Below are positions 51,401 to 64,000 of a DNA stretch of 64,000 nucleotides, piece after piece. Both the position numbers and the translations under genes were made by a program. The notes beneath the pieces are model-generated. The model saw only the letters and a program-made list of their open reading frames with translations, was not told where the DNA came from and searched no databases. The stretch is from Ascidiella aspersa (Eukaryota): contig OZ004607.1 of NCBI GenBank assembly GCA_963924565.1, positions 34,100,001-34,164,000 on the forward strand, given 5' to 3'. Positions within the stretch are counted from its first letter, which is position 1; each line of letters opens with the position of its first letter.

Positions 51401-52377
51401 CTCTTTTGGAAAATTACCAATCTGTAACTTAGCATTTTTTGCGAAAGCTAATTATATGTCCATAACCTTTTTTGTTCATTAAAATTATACCTAGTTTCAA
51501 AAAGTTTTTTTTTCTGTAATGATGTCATTATCGGATCGAACGGCTTGTATATCAGATATCGGACAAAGGGGAAAGTAATGCGGAACAACGTTCCGGTTTA
51601 AAATATGCCTATTTTATGCCATGTACTGAAAACTGTAATTTTCGTCTTTTTCAATCACGTAGAATACGTGCAAAAATTATAATGAACTCTGAATAAATTA
51701 AAATGCTAGATATTTGACAACGGCAGTAAATTACCAGTGGCAATTTAGGCATTCTTATCTAATAAAACTACCAAAAATGCCACCTTAAGGCTGGTTGAAT
51801 ACTTGTCCTACGAATTAACCACTTGTTGTCCGATTCAAATCTGCCCCAAACTTGTGCCAAATACATTTTTTGCGAAGCGATATTTAAGCCAGTATTTCTA
51901 AATCGCCAAACAAATTCGTTCGGACGAATGAAGTATTGGACTTGCGTATTGATAGCAATAAATTTAGACGTTTGGATTGATAAATTAGGCCTGCAATTAA
52001 AGTTCACTATTTTCACCTCCAAATGATAACTATTCGGCGTTTTTCGGAAGTTTTTCGTAAAAATGATTTGTTGTTGTTGAACGCGCCAGTCACACTTTGT
52101 CGCAAAGTTGAAAAGTCGTCTCAAGTCTTGGAATAGTCTTTCAATTTAGTTTATGTCAAAGTGCCATTGTAATAGCATTTTTTCTACATACCGGTACTTG
52201 TGATTGTGTTTTTCATGAAAGTGTGTGGCAACCTTGAACAATCAAATAATTGATTCGTAGGACCCCAACAAGCCGGTAATCCGCTTATACAAACTACCAT
52301 CCGGAACATTTAGTGATGACGAGGGAGAATCTTCCGAAGAGGAGAGTGACAGCTCAGATGACGAAGAGGAGAAATAA
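45442..52377 (+). CDS. EIF3D: Eukaryotic translation initiation factor 3 subunit D, ~555 aa; exons 45442-45564, 46465-46602, 47169-47441, 48026-48196, 48632-48856, 49606-49741, 50040-50176, 50478-50623, 51028-51229, 52261-52377
   Basis: Conserved motifs [82 protein letters not shown] and an acidic C-terminal tail. All introns are GT-AG and the frame is continuous. Confidence 0.97.
47507..47548 (+). ncRNA. Minimal type I hammerhead ribozyme-like motif in eIF3d intron 3
   Basis: Stem I TTACA/TGTAA, core TTGATGA (C3 replaced by U) plus an extra T, stem II GGCA/TGCC, then GAAAC-GTT with a palindromic stem III. Confidence 0.5.
49230..49431 (-). mobile_element. Degenerate tRNA-derived SINE in eIF3d intron 5
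   Basis: The - strand head GGCTTCCATAAATCAATTGATAGAGCG resembles a tRNA 5' end and A box, and GGTCGAACC resembles a B box. It cannot form a full cloverleaf. Confidence 0.5.
51515..51680 (+). repeat. Dispersed repeat in eIF3d intron 9, second copy at ~53025-53170
   Basis: Shared ATGATGT.ATTATCGGATC.AACGGCTTGT...GAAAGTAATGCGG...TATTTTATGCCATGTACT...AATCACGTAG. Confidence 0.65.
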
Positions 52378-53879
52378 ATAGGAGGAGGAAAATCTCCGTT
52401 TTCATTGCAGTCAAAATTCTCTGGTGTTTCTATTTGCTGATTTGGGTGTCAAAACAGGATAGAAGTTTTTTATTGCTTAATAAAGGGTTATTTATTTTTC
52501 GGGTTATTAGGAAAAGAAAACTGTTTTTTCGGAGTATCTTTTTTTTGTTTTGACCAAATTAAGAACTAAACCTTTGTGCTTAACTTGTTAACTACAATAT
52601 TACTTGAAGCAATACATTTTTGTGCTGCTTTGTTGTGTGACTTATGATGGTGTGTTGTCACAAGAAATCTTTATGGCTTGTTTTGGATGTCGGAAATACA
52701 AATATACTTGCTCTCCGGTATGACGTTGTTTGTTTGATTTTAACTTAAACTCAGCAGAAAGTTTAAAACAACCAGAGAATCAAATTTTAGAGGTAGTTAC
52801 CAAGAATTAAAGCTTTTGTCCGAAGGTGCACAAAAATAGAATTGGATTAATAAAAACTGACGATAAAACTACACCTGTTTTTAGATAGCTAATAGGATGT
52901 TTTTATCACTAGATGCGTGCGATAAGAAGAATTGATGCTACGTAGCAGTCTAGGTTATTGACTTGTACAATTCTGGCGGCATTGTTACCTTTACCGGCAA
53001 TTTTTTACGTTAGTGTAATTAACCTTTATGATGTTATTATCGGATCAAACGGCTTGTCATTTTAGTTATCAGGCAAAGGTGAAAGTAATGCGGTTAAAAA
53101 TGCTATTTTATGCCATGTACTAAAAAACTGTAATTTTCGCTTTTTTAAATCACGTAGCATAAGTGCAAAACATTTAATACCTTTATACCAATGTGCTATG
53201 CCCCGTCTAAATTATTTTATCTCTTACACTCTATGAACAAAAATAATTGCTTTTGTATCGCAAATGTTTTGTCGCCACTTAGTGGACTAAAAAAAGGACT
53301 AATTTTCAGTTTCGTATTTGCGCCCGAGATTGAAAAACAACCCCAGTTTGATGAAAGTTTACACGTAGGCTATAAATAGTGATACAAAACATTTTAAAAA
53401 GTTTGCAAGGCAAATCATTAAAACAGTTATTGCGGGAAATATATTTATGGTTATAGAGCAGGAGCTAAAAGGCGCGCGTTAGTAATTGAATTGCAGCCTA
53501 CTCGACAAGTAAACAAAAAAATCGTTGTTATTTTACATTACAGTGCATGTGTCGAATCAGTTATGCGCCAGTGAACACATGTGGTAACCGGATGTATGTG
53601 GGGTTTGTGGGCGCTTATAAATACAATAATTATAACAATTAATCAAGAAAACATGCGTGTAAGTTAAAACACATTTCAAATGTTTATTTTTGCGCATTTA
53701 GCAACCTATTTTACATCATAAATGGAGAAAAGTTTGGGGACCGCTGGGTACGCCTTTTGACATGTTTTAAAAACGAAAATGGTCCTTAAATTCGCTTCAA
53801 AAGGTGTCAAAAGATCACACACGACAGGCTGAAAAGGGTTGTTTTCGTGTTGGGAATTTCTCAACGACTGGTTACTTTA

Positions 53880-54039
53880 CATTGAGCGCAACTTACACGA
53901 TACACCACGTGATCGTGCGGAAATGAATAAATGTGACGTCATTTCAACGAACGGCGCTGATTGGCCGGGATATTACGCCCCTCAACTCAGCATCGCGGTT
54001 CCCGAGAAAGGCAGCTCGTCCTCAATGATGAAGGTAAGT
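53880..54039 (+). promoter_or_regulatory. CpG-rich promoter and non-coding first exon of the BICRA-like gene
   Basis: E-box CACGTG, CRE TGACGTCA, reverse CCAAT (ATTGG), and a perfect donor AAG|GTAAGT at 54033/54034. Confidence 0.55.
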
Positions 54040-54703
54040 TTCTTTCTTGTTTATTATATTCACTCGTTTGTTGCTGCTGCGGAGCAGCGTTTGCGTTGTA
54101 TAACGAAATTTTAACGTGAAGGGCGTTGCTATGATGCTTAGTAGTGTGTGGAAAGAACGCCGCTCCGCTAGCCGCCTTTCCAACGATCACAAATTGAAAC
54201 TCGCGTTGTCATGACGTCATCTTTCACTTGCGTGCTATTTCTACACTTTTCGCAGCGCGTCATGAACAAATAGCCCTGGTAAATCAGCTAAGCACGCATC
54301 ATACACGTTGCTCTTATTATTGCTTGTGAAAACGGCCCGTACCGCTTGCCGTTCACGATTCTTTATTAAAAAAAACGCCATTTTTACACCAATTCTAATC
54401 TTTTGCTTACCGTTTGAATGATTATACACATTTTCTAAGTTTTTCAAGCTTTTTTGGTTGATTTTGCATAGCCATCTAATTATTTTTTGGTTGTTATGTA
54501 TCTTTAAACAAGCTTTCAAACAAAGTATCCTCTTCTACATTTGTTTGAATTGAACAATACCTACACCACTTGACAATGTACTATTTAGAAGAGTTATTCT
54601 ATAAATCTATGCAATTCAACTTTAAGCTACTCTATGCTGTTATGTGTCTTATATCAACAACCTCTCAAAATCTTTTTTTAATGGCAGATTTCACCACGAT
54701 GAC

Positions 54704-57700
54704 ATGGCTTTCAGTAACACCATGTATGGAGAATACGGGTATGACTAATCTTTGCCCATTTTTAGTCCTAAACATTTATATATCATTAGTATTTTATTGG
54801 ATTTGCTTCATTCATAAATGTTCCGTGTAGTTTTTAGTGAACTAACCAACAACCAGATAAACGAGTGTCCATTATTACACCTGGTGCTCTTTTAAACATT
54901 TTGTCGTCGTATAAAATAAATACATTTAAATGCCTGTTGGCTGTTCGCTGCAATGTGTTTGCTCAAATTTATGATGCCCTTAAGGTTAAAACGGTCTGCA
55001 TTCTGAGGCACCTTGGTACACACATAAGAATGCTTAATGATTTTTGTATGTACTTGAATTAGTAAGCTACACGCCTGAATATCGTAAAACAATTTCTGAA
55101 ACATTGCACACTTTAAAATTTAGCATTGCGCAGCTGTGATTTCTGCAAAAATGCCCCAAAATGAAACTATATAACACTAACTAAAAATCAATTGATACAT
55201 TTTACCTTGGTGATTAGGTGACATACTTACCTGCGATTTTTCAAAGCCTTAAAAATACTAAGTGGACAAGTGATACTCTTATCTTCTATGTTTTAATCAA
55301 AGCCTTGAAAGTATTAAGTGGGTTTAACAAATAAGTTGGCTATGTGTATGGTGTTGGTTCAATTTTTTTGATCAAGTCCACATATATTTCAGGGAAGGTA
55401 ATATCCTTGAAGATTTAGTGAGTGAGACAAATAATGATTACTCATCGCAACCGGTATGTTAAATTGTGATTTATTGTAACATTTTGCCCACTATAAGTGT
55501 TACCAAACGTATTTGTTATAGAATGCTGGAGATGCCTCGGGTGGGTTCGATATTCTTCAGCAATCTTTGCGAGCGGCTGAAATATTGGGAAATGAAGATG
55601 GAGAACTTCCTTTTGATAGTTTGGGTTTTTCATATAACAGCAGCCCTTACCCAATAAGTAAGCCACTTAATAACCTGCCACCAACAGTTCCAAACAAATC
55701 GGAGACTAGCGGTTCTGAGAATTTCGACCCAACTCAGTTCTTTAACCTTGGGACAAAAAATTCTTCACAACAACCAACAATACAAACTAAAACAAATGCA
55801 ATTATTTCAGAAACACAAACCGGCTATTCAAGCGAATTTCCCCAATCAGAAACCGTGCCAAAACAGCAGTTGTCACAGCTGCAGCAATCTACAAACACCA
55901 ATCAGTCTAATCATGTTTCTCATTTTAATCCGTCTACGTTACTCGTGCCAAACCAACAGATTCAAGTTGCAACGCCACAAATAACGCCCAATAAGACTGC
56001 CAGCAACACTCAACAAAGCCAGTATGGTGTTTTCAAAATACAAATCCCAAACTCTAGCGGGACTTACTCGAACGCACAGGCCGTAGCTGTCAACCAAGAC
56101 CAAAAGCTGCAGTATGTTGTCACAGGAAAACCGATTTCCACAAGTGCTGTAAGCAATGTGGTCATACAGCAAGGCCCAATTGTCACACACAATCTTCAAA
56201 GCAATGAGATGTCCCGCCGCAGTCCTGCACCTGTTGTGATACAAGCAAACCGAAGCCAACCAGTTGAAACATCTGTGCCACACGCCACGCTGGCAGTTCC
56301 TGCAGCTAATCAGGTTCAACCGACGGGTGTCCCGATTTACATCAACAATGTTGTTCCAGCTGCTCCAGTGGCTGCTGCTCCACCCCAAACAGTGTTGCCC
56401 GTTAATAACAGCACCCAAGAAGAACAAACTAACAAACTTGCGGCGTTGTTGCAAAGCAAAGCAAGCCAGCAGTCTGGAGCGGGAAATCCTGCCGTTTTAA
56501 AGATCGGCAATCAGACCATTAACATTTCTAATATAAAGGTGGCAAGAGCGCTGGCCGCCAACATTATACAGCAAAGAATGAAGCAGAATCAGTTGACACA
56601 AGCTAACCAAACTAAGGTTCAGAATGCAGTACCAAGCCAGCCACAGACTGTGTCCAATGTTCGAAGCATACAGCCCGCTGTTGAAAACCCACATAGTGTT
56701 CAGACACCAGTTCCAGCTCGTTATACGTTTTCACCCAAACCTCAAAACCAGGCTCCCCAGGTTTCCAACGCAGAACCACAGACAATTGTTCATAAACCCG
56801 CCCTTGCACAAAACGTATTACGCCCCTCTAATTCCCCGACACCAACTTATGTGCAAGTCGCTCTTCCAAAAATCAGCGCCAACTCTCCGATAAATCGAAT
56901 TCAAATAGCAAGTGTGAACATCCCGATCTCTAACAATGGCAAGTCGCCAACTCCAGGGCAGGCTGTTCATTCTTATCAGGCTTCCCTCCCACCAAGCTGT
57001 TCAGTTGGATCTACAATGCAGACTGTGGTTTCCGCACAAGGCGTCCCTGCTAATAAGACAATGCTTCTTACTGCCTCGCAGCCTGCTAACAACTACAACA
57101 AAGACCGCCTGCAAAAGCTTCTGATACAGGTATTTTGTACCTTTTTATTCATTTGGTTAGAGGTTCTCAAAAAAGGGATGTTGCACAATTATCCTGGATT
57201 GAATACCAAACTTGAGTACAGTAATAAAATGCTTCCCGCTACTATTATTCCCTGAGTTGTTCATTTGATCTTATTATACAAACTGTACATACTGTTGATT
57301 ATGATTTAAAAATCACATTTTTCCTGTGATAATATATAATTTATAAGCACTGATTTTATAGGACTAAAACGGTAAAGCTGATATTGCAAAAACACAAAAA
57401 AATGATCATCCTAAAAAAAACGTAGTATTATTGACTTTATCAAAATCTGTGGTAAAAAATGTGCTATTCACACCAGGCATGTGTCAGTAATTACATGTTG
57501 CCTAAATCATTAATAAGAAATATTATACTTGCAATTAAGTAATACCCCCATAGTTATTTTTTTTAAAGATTTAATGCTTTGTGTACACATTACACTCTTG
57601 TTTATATGTTATCTGAATTATGATTTTTTTTGTATATGCAGTCAAATTTTTACCTTTTTTGTGCAAAAATAAATAACCCAAATTCTAGGATCGCCAAACT

Positions 57701-60335
57701 TTTACAAGGAAAAAAAAACAAACTTCTGGCCGGAAAAAGTTTAGAACCGGTGCATTATGTGATTAAGTGAGTGTTTGTTGATTTTTGCAGAATCAAGCCT
57801 CGAAAGCTGTGCCAGCTGTACAACCTGCAATTGCAAAACCCACAACAGGAGATGTAGCAAAAGATTCGGCAACATCCGATCAGGTATGGAAGCTAAGTTT
57901 GTACATAAATGCATTTAATAGTGAAAAACATGCGAACTATATTACCTACTGGAGTATGTGCTTTGATATTTGTTGTATATCTAACTACAACCTCAATGAA
58001 TTGTGCTCCAAATATTATTGTAAACTGTGTATAAAACAAACTGTTTTTGTATTTTGTTGTAGAAACCTGCAGTGACATATTTGACATTTCAAGTGGACCC
58101 TAACTTGACATATCAGCAAGTTGAACAAGTTCAGCAAATTGTTTCACAAAAGTTAGAGTTGTCAAAGGTAAGATAATCCAACTGTTATCCCAAAATCAGA
58201 TCAATGTAGAATTTCCTTTTTGTAACAGTGAAAATATGACCCCTTTAACACATGTGTACCAAGATAGATTTCGTTGAACTTACCGAACTTCTGAGTAATA
58301 CATATTACTTTTTTTTTCTTAGGTCCCTAGTCTGTCTAGAGAGCAAAAGCAGCTTCTCTCAGCGTTTCGCGCACAACTTCGCACAATGGAGACCCCAGTT
58401 CAGCATTACTACCTCCGAAATCCTCAGCTCTTCTTTCAAAAGGTAACTGATAAAACACTAACATGTATTTTATTTATTAATCAGTTTACAGTGGCAATAC
58501 AGTAATTGCAACAACATCTTTTATTGATAGTCACTAATACGGATCATTTTTTATAGGTTTACCAACAACTGCAATTGGGCCAGCCTTTTGTATTGCGAAT
58601 AAAAGTAGACAAATCTCGTCAGCAGCCTAGTATTTCTGCAACTTCAGGATCAGCACCATCTAACACTACAGAGGTATATATGCTTTTAATTACAAAATGA
58701 AAAAAGTTCCCCGTTAAAGTTTATACCTGCAATCTGACAAGGGTTCCAGACATGTTTCTTTAAAAAGAGGATTAAAATGTTAGTATTTAGGTTTACATGT
58801 TAAGGCAGCAACAGTATTTTACCACTTTCTTTTTTATTTGAAGGTAAAGGTTGAGCATCCAACAATTTCACTTTCCAACAACTCTCCGAGATCGAGTTCA
58901 CCGAAACCCAAACGAGCTATCACAACAGTTCACACTCTTGCAAAGATCCTTAAGAGACCCGCTCCAGAGAAGCCTGTGGCTGTTAAGCAAAGCCCAGTTC
59001 CAGCTAAAAGACCATCCCTGTAAGAATCTGGTTTTCATACTGTTTTTTATATGCAATTATTTGTTGGCCATTATTAATACTTTAGTTTGGCCAAATAATA
59101 TAGTTTGTGGCAACTTGTTGTTGTTATGATATAATTTTATGTTTGCAGGATTATGGAGCAACTTCAAAGAAACCAAGATTTTGTTTCTTCACCAGACTTT
59201 GCAACTCCATTTAAAAACACACGAGATGCTATTAGACGTCTGCTTCCCTACCATATATGCAGAAGTCCAGAGGTTTTTATTAAATTTTAAGTTGTCCAAA
59301 TAAGTTCTGTGCTCAACCAAGTATTTTCAATTGCAGATTGATAAAAAAGACTTCACAGAAAGTGAACCACTGTTCGATACGTTGTCAACAAGATTAATGT
59401 CGCGAGTTAACACCATGTTTGCACAATACCATCGCTTGGCACTTCAAGAGACTACCGTAAGCTTCCAATTTAAAAAATGTGCTATTCTGTAAGGCTCAAA
59501 AAAGTAGTTCATCAAAATTATTATGAATATTTTCAGAGAGTTGAATGTTCTGCCGATGTTGTTTTATTACAACGAACCTACCTGCAAAACGAGCGTGCTG
59601 CAATCATGGAAATGAAACGTAAAATTGCAGGTGAGATTTCATGGGACAAAGCTTAAATTTTTTTTGAAACATTTTTTTACCTTTTTCGTTCTACAGAGGA
59701 TCCAAGTGCCGTTAAAGATTACTTGACTCCAGATGAGATACACAAAAACCAATCCACTGTTTCCTTTCTTGAAGGTAACACTCATTTTGAGCAAACTGTA
59801 ATTAAACAGACGAACCTAGAATCCTAGTCCATTTTATATAAGAAGATCTTTTTGTTATCATTTTAGTACAGTCGTTCAAAAAATAACTCTAAAATAAACT
59901 TGGCTCAATCACCTCTTTTGTTCCGAACTTTATATCAATTAATGCAAAAACAATGTTTGATTAGTCTAATTGAGTTGCATTCAAATAAACAAATAAAAAA
60001 AAAATTTAAGCATTTTCTATTACATATACTCTAAAAGCAAATAACGGTTGTATTGTTTTATTTTTCCTTAATCAAGGGCTGTAAAAAATGCAAGTATTGT
60101 TATTATGGCATTATTTTGTCAACAAACAGAATTTCACTTTAGATTTATTCTTTATTTTAATTTAAATGTTAAAGATGAAGAAAGGAAACGATCGCGAAGC
60201 GGCTCACTGGAAAGCATAAATTCCCAGCAATCGAACATAAGTGCGCTGTCAACGACAGAAAAGCAAAATCCTAAAACTTGTGTAGAACCTCCAAAAGATG
60301 TTTTGCTTCAAGAGGCAGTGCTGAGCATTCTTTGA
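54704..60335 (+). CDS. BICRA: BICRA/BICRAL (GLTSCR1)-like ncBAF subunit, ~951 aa; coding exons 54704-54738, 55393-55417, 55522-57129, 57791-57883, 58063-58167, 58323-58442, 58557-58673, 58844-59019, 59149-59272, 59337-59456, 59537-59630, 59697-59774, 60175-60335
   Basis: N-terminal DILQQSL motif, long Q/P/S/T-rich disordered region, GLTSCR1 domain (PDFATPFKNTRDAIRRLLPYH) and C-terminal EAVLSIL. The frame is continuous across GT-AG introns. The start codon and the two small 5' exons are less certain. Confidence 0.85.
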
Positions 60336-62348
60336 CACACAGATTGTTTTACTTGATGTGTTGGCCAAAGCCGGGCAAAGAAATGAAAAAAAGTTACAAA
60401 ACCCAATGCGGTTTCTTGCCAGAAAAGTGGTTGTATTGATCAGTTGGACGGCAAATTATTATAAATTCGATTGTTGAATGTAAGTGCAAAAGTTTATAAC
60501 ATGTTTACTTGTTAGCAAAGTATTTGCATCAAAAGTCACCACAAAGCATTTTATTGTGTTCATGTTCTTTTACTTTTATGAATTCTGGAATTTTTTAAAC
60601 TGGTAAAATTGGTTATTGTGCTTGATTTGGATTAATACGAAGAAACCTTGACGTTTCTGCTCGTCTTTAAATAATACCAAAGAAATACAACTTCCTTGCA
60701 AGAACGGAAAATGACACCCAAGTTGAGATAATACAAATAAAAAAATAATTATTTGTCGTGTTTGTAGTATGCATTGGAGAGTTGGTGCTACAGTTTATGA
60801 TGTAACCTGAACCATTGTTCAATCATGTTTTCTATTCGAGGTGTTTTTGCACTGTTTTTGATTTGCCTTTTGAGCGGACAAAATATATGCATTCAGTTAC
60901 AAAAACAGTTGGTGGTTGTTTTAGGGTGTTAGATTACGTAGAGTTGATAATGAGTTGATTATGTTAAAAAAACTGTTTTCGAGTTCGAAAGAATATATTA
61001 GTGTATCTTAAGATATTTGAAATGAGAGTTTGTTTTTTACACAAAGTTCACAACAATCGGGTTTAATTTGAGTTGTCTAACTTCGTAGCATGTTATAAAA
61101 AAAATAGTCATTTGTCAGGACTTTCCCATGGTAGTTCCCCTACACCTAGAGTATTTAATTTAAAAAAAGTTAAACATCTTTACCGCCTTAGTTTGAACTT
61201 TTGAGGTAGCATAATTATGACCCAACATAATATTTTTCAATAAAATAATTATGAATACCCTAAATATGTAAATACTTAAAAATTAAAAGTATTGCACATC
61301 ATGCTTGAACAGGTAAGGTGAACCCACGTGTGTTTACAAAAATTACCCAGTTGTGAAACCAAAGCAACAAATAAGTCATTTTTAAGGTTATACATTAAGG
61401 TAAAATTGTCGACAAAAGGTGTTAAAATCCTGAAAAGCGTATGTTTTCCTCACTTTAAATTGACCATTCGGCGCTGGTCTGGAATACTACCACAACAAAC
61501 ATTATTTGGGTTAGGGTGCGGGTTTACATTTTGGAAGGTTAAGCAATATTATTAAATAATAATACTTGAGCACACTCAATCACCCTTATTCTTTGGGCTG
61601 TTGTAGGATTCTAGACCAGCGCAGTCGTTTTTCATTGGGTGGTTAGTACTTTAGCTACGATTGCATAAAAACACATTTTTTTCGCAAACCTCTTATGGTT
61701 GGTAAATTACGTTTGGAATTGTGGTTCGTCTATAATAGTACCCGGGGCCACCAAACTGCCACCGACCCACGGACAGGCCATATCCAGCCCATCAGGTTAA
61801 TTAATCTGGACCCCAGCATATTTCCTCAATGAAGATAACAGTTGAAATGTTGTTGAACGTAATGCAAAAATAAATTTCAATGTGAACAACATTTTATGAA
61901 CGCTCTACATTTTTTATCATATAGGTATTTATATTTACTTTGTATAAGGATAATTAGGTTCAACAAAAAAAAAATTGGTGCCGGTCTAGAATCCTACCTG
62001 CAGAGTTTTTTTTTATATTTGGGGTGACATTTGGGTGGGTCAAGTATTATTATTATATTTGTTCTCTCATATTCAACTCTTCCTTGCAATTTCAATTTTG
62101 ACAACTTGTTTCGTTACTGTAAAAAATGCCGTAGGGTAATAGACCAAACTGGTGCCAATTTTTTTACCCAGGCCACCATACTCAGCCTTTATAACTATTC
62201 GGCCCTTTCTGAAAGAAGTTTAGTGACCCACTGGTCTATACTTTCAGTAATATGTGTGCTTTTGGATTAGGTTTGCTACCTTACTTTGAAAAGCAGTTAT
62301 ATAATTGCTCTAATTCTTTATAGTATATAATCATATCTTAATAAAAAA

Positions 62349-63387
62349 ATGGTGAGAAAGAAAGTGGACAACAGGATTCGGGTGCTGATTGAAAATGGGG
62401 TTGCGACAAAACACAGAAGCATGTTTTTCATCGTTGGTGACCAGTGTCGCAACCAAGTTGTCATTTTGCATCACATGCTGTCCAAGGCCCAGGTAAAGGC
62501 CAGGCCATCGGTTCTCTGGTGCTACAAGAAAGAGCTTGGATTTAGCACGTAAAATTGTTGTTTGCTATTACTTTTTAAAATTAAAATTTAACCGATCTTT
62601 TCTAGCTTGATCTTTTTAAAGGCAGTTTATACTAAGGCGTATTGGTTTACTAATAATATGTTCCACTACCAATAAATTGTTTTTTTTTAGGGATAGACCG
62701 ATATATCGGTATCGGTAAATATGAGCCGATACTTTGGACGATATTTTAGTGCGAAAATAAATATAATTTTTCCTGTAGAACAAACAAATTACCAATTTTT
62801 TAATGAAAAAATATTGGGTTTTAGCATCACACCAAGTTTATATGCAAAATATTAGTTTAATAATTAATATATAGGTATATAAACTAAAACGTTATTTGGA
62901 TTTTATTTTCAATTTATTCAAATTTTGAACGTTTTCTAGGTATATAAAAAAATCGGTATCGGTATCGGGTATCGGTTGACAAAATTGTAAAAAATCCGGT
63001 ATCGCTATCGGTCGACCTCTAGTTTTTTTATATATATATTTGGGTTTTTTCTCGAGAGAGATTGGATTGCAACTTATGTAGTGTATTTCTTGGTGGATGT
63101 GGCGACAATGCACAACTAGGCCAGTTATAAGACATCTCCTACAACAATTATAAAACAGCCTGTTATCCAATGCATGTCTTTTTTGTAGTTTTTAAAATAC
63201 TGCTTGTCCTAACAGGCACAGAAAAAAGAAAATGAAGCAGCTGCAGAAAAGAATATCCAGTGGTACGTTGGACGTTAACGAAAATGATCCGTTTGAACTT
63301 TTTGTTGCTGCAACCAACGTTAGATACTGCTATTACAAAGAAACTCACAAGATCCTTGGAAACACATATGGGATGTGTGTCTTACAA
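62349..63387 (+). CDS. NAT10: RNA cytidine acetyltransferase NAT10 (Kre33), 5' part; exons 62349-62548 and 63216-63387; gene continues beyond the window
   Basis: MVRKKVDNRIRVLIENGV...HRSMFFIVGD...RPSVLWCYKKELGFST/HRKKKMKQLQK...DPFELFV...RYCYYKETHKILGNTYGMCVLQ is the highly conserved NAT10 N-terminus. Confidence 0.96.
62688..63021. mobile_element. MITE in NAT10 intron 1
   Basis: TIRs TAGGGATAGACCGATA / TATCGGTCGACCTCTA with subterminal TATCGG repeats. Related TATCGG-rich fragments occur at ~29740-30070 and ~31400-31490. Confidence 0.65.
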
Positions 63388-63715
63388 GTAAGTGCAATAA
63401 GGTAATTTTACCACATAAAGTATCTTTTTCTTCTTCTTGATAATTTTGATTTAATATTTACACATTGTAACATGGTTTCCCTAACATGATGATTAAAATC
63501 AGCCACATAAAAGTAATACCAAAAGTGGACTCCAGCCATAAGACCGAGGTAAGAATAGCACCAATGTCAGAATAAAACACAATTGGGAATAAGGCCAAAA
63601 TAGGACTAACACCTTCACTAACTCCCCTAATAATTTCAACACAAACCCATTTTCTAACCCCACCCCCCATTACCCACCAATAACCCCAAACAGGACCAAA
63701 AATCCGGTGCCAAAA

Positions 63716-63850
63716 TATTTAGGCCCTGTTCCGATGACTTTAGGCCTTATTCCTATGAATTTAGTTCTTATTCAGATGAATTTAGGCCTTATTCCGATGA
63801 ATTTAGGCCTTGTTCCAAAGAATTTAGGCCTTAGTCTGACAGATTTAGCT
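63716..63850 (+). repeat. 21-bp tandem repeat (GAATTTAGGCCTTATTCCGAT-like) in NAT10 intron 2
   Basis: About 6 degenerate units; this array explains the ORF at 63707-63910. Confidence 0.8.
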
Positions 63851-64000
63851 GTTATTCAGACGATTTGGATCTTATGCTGTACTGGATATTACTTCGTTTT
63901 GGCTGTATGATGTCGTTGGTCTTAATACTATGGTTTTATAGATTTTTCTGCTATAGGTATTGCTGCTTTATCGGTCTTGTTGTGTGTTCCCACCAAAAGT

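Noticed and set aside
1-64000. CRISPR arrays, prokaryotic operons or defence systems
   Set aside because: The sequence is eukaryotic with spliceosomal introns, and its tandem repeats lack unique spacers.

Overview
Eukaryotic, intron-containing, AT-rich genomic DNA. It is probably from an invertebrate chordate such as an ascidian (inferred from chordate-like proteins, short introns and a mosaic CpG pattern). The left ~44 kb holds a thyrostimulin-type glycoprotein hormone locus. GPA2 (+ strand, 3 coding exons, 117 aa) has its last exon 27.4 kb downstream of exon 2. It faces GPB5 (- strand, 2 coding exons, 193 aa) tail-to-tail. The right ~19 kb holds three compact + strand housekeeping genes: eIF3d (complete, 10 exons), a BICRA/GLTSCR1-like gene (complete, 13 coding exons) and the 5' part of NAT10. 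The main observation is that each hormone subunit has 11 cysteines instead of 10. The two extras sit at the positions of the two halves of the vertebrate alpha-subunit Cys7-Cys31 bond, one on each chain, which suggests a covalently linked GPA2/GPB5 heterodimer. GPB5 also has a ~70-aa pro-region with furin-type sites. Both genes are associated with clustered PAR-bZIP/D-box-like motifs. The window also contains many MITEs, tRNA-derived SINE remnants, minimal hammerhead-like motifs and tandemly triplicated splice sites. All exon models were read by eye from GT-AG sites and frame continuity; no database search was run.
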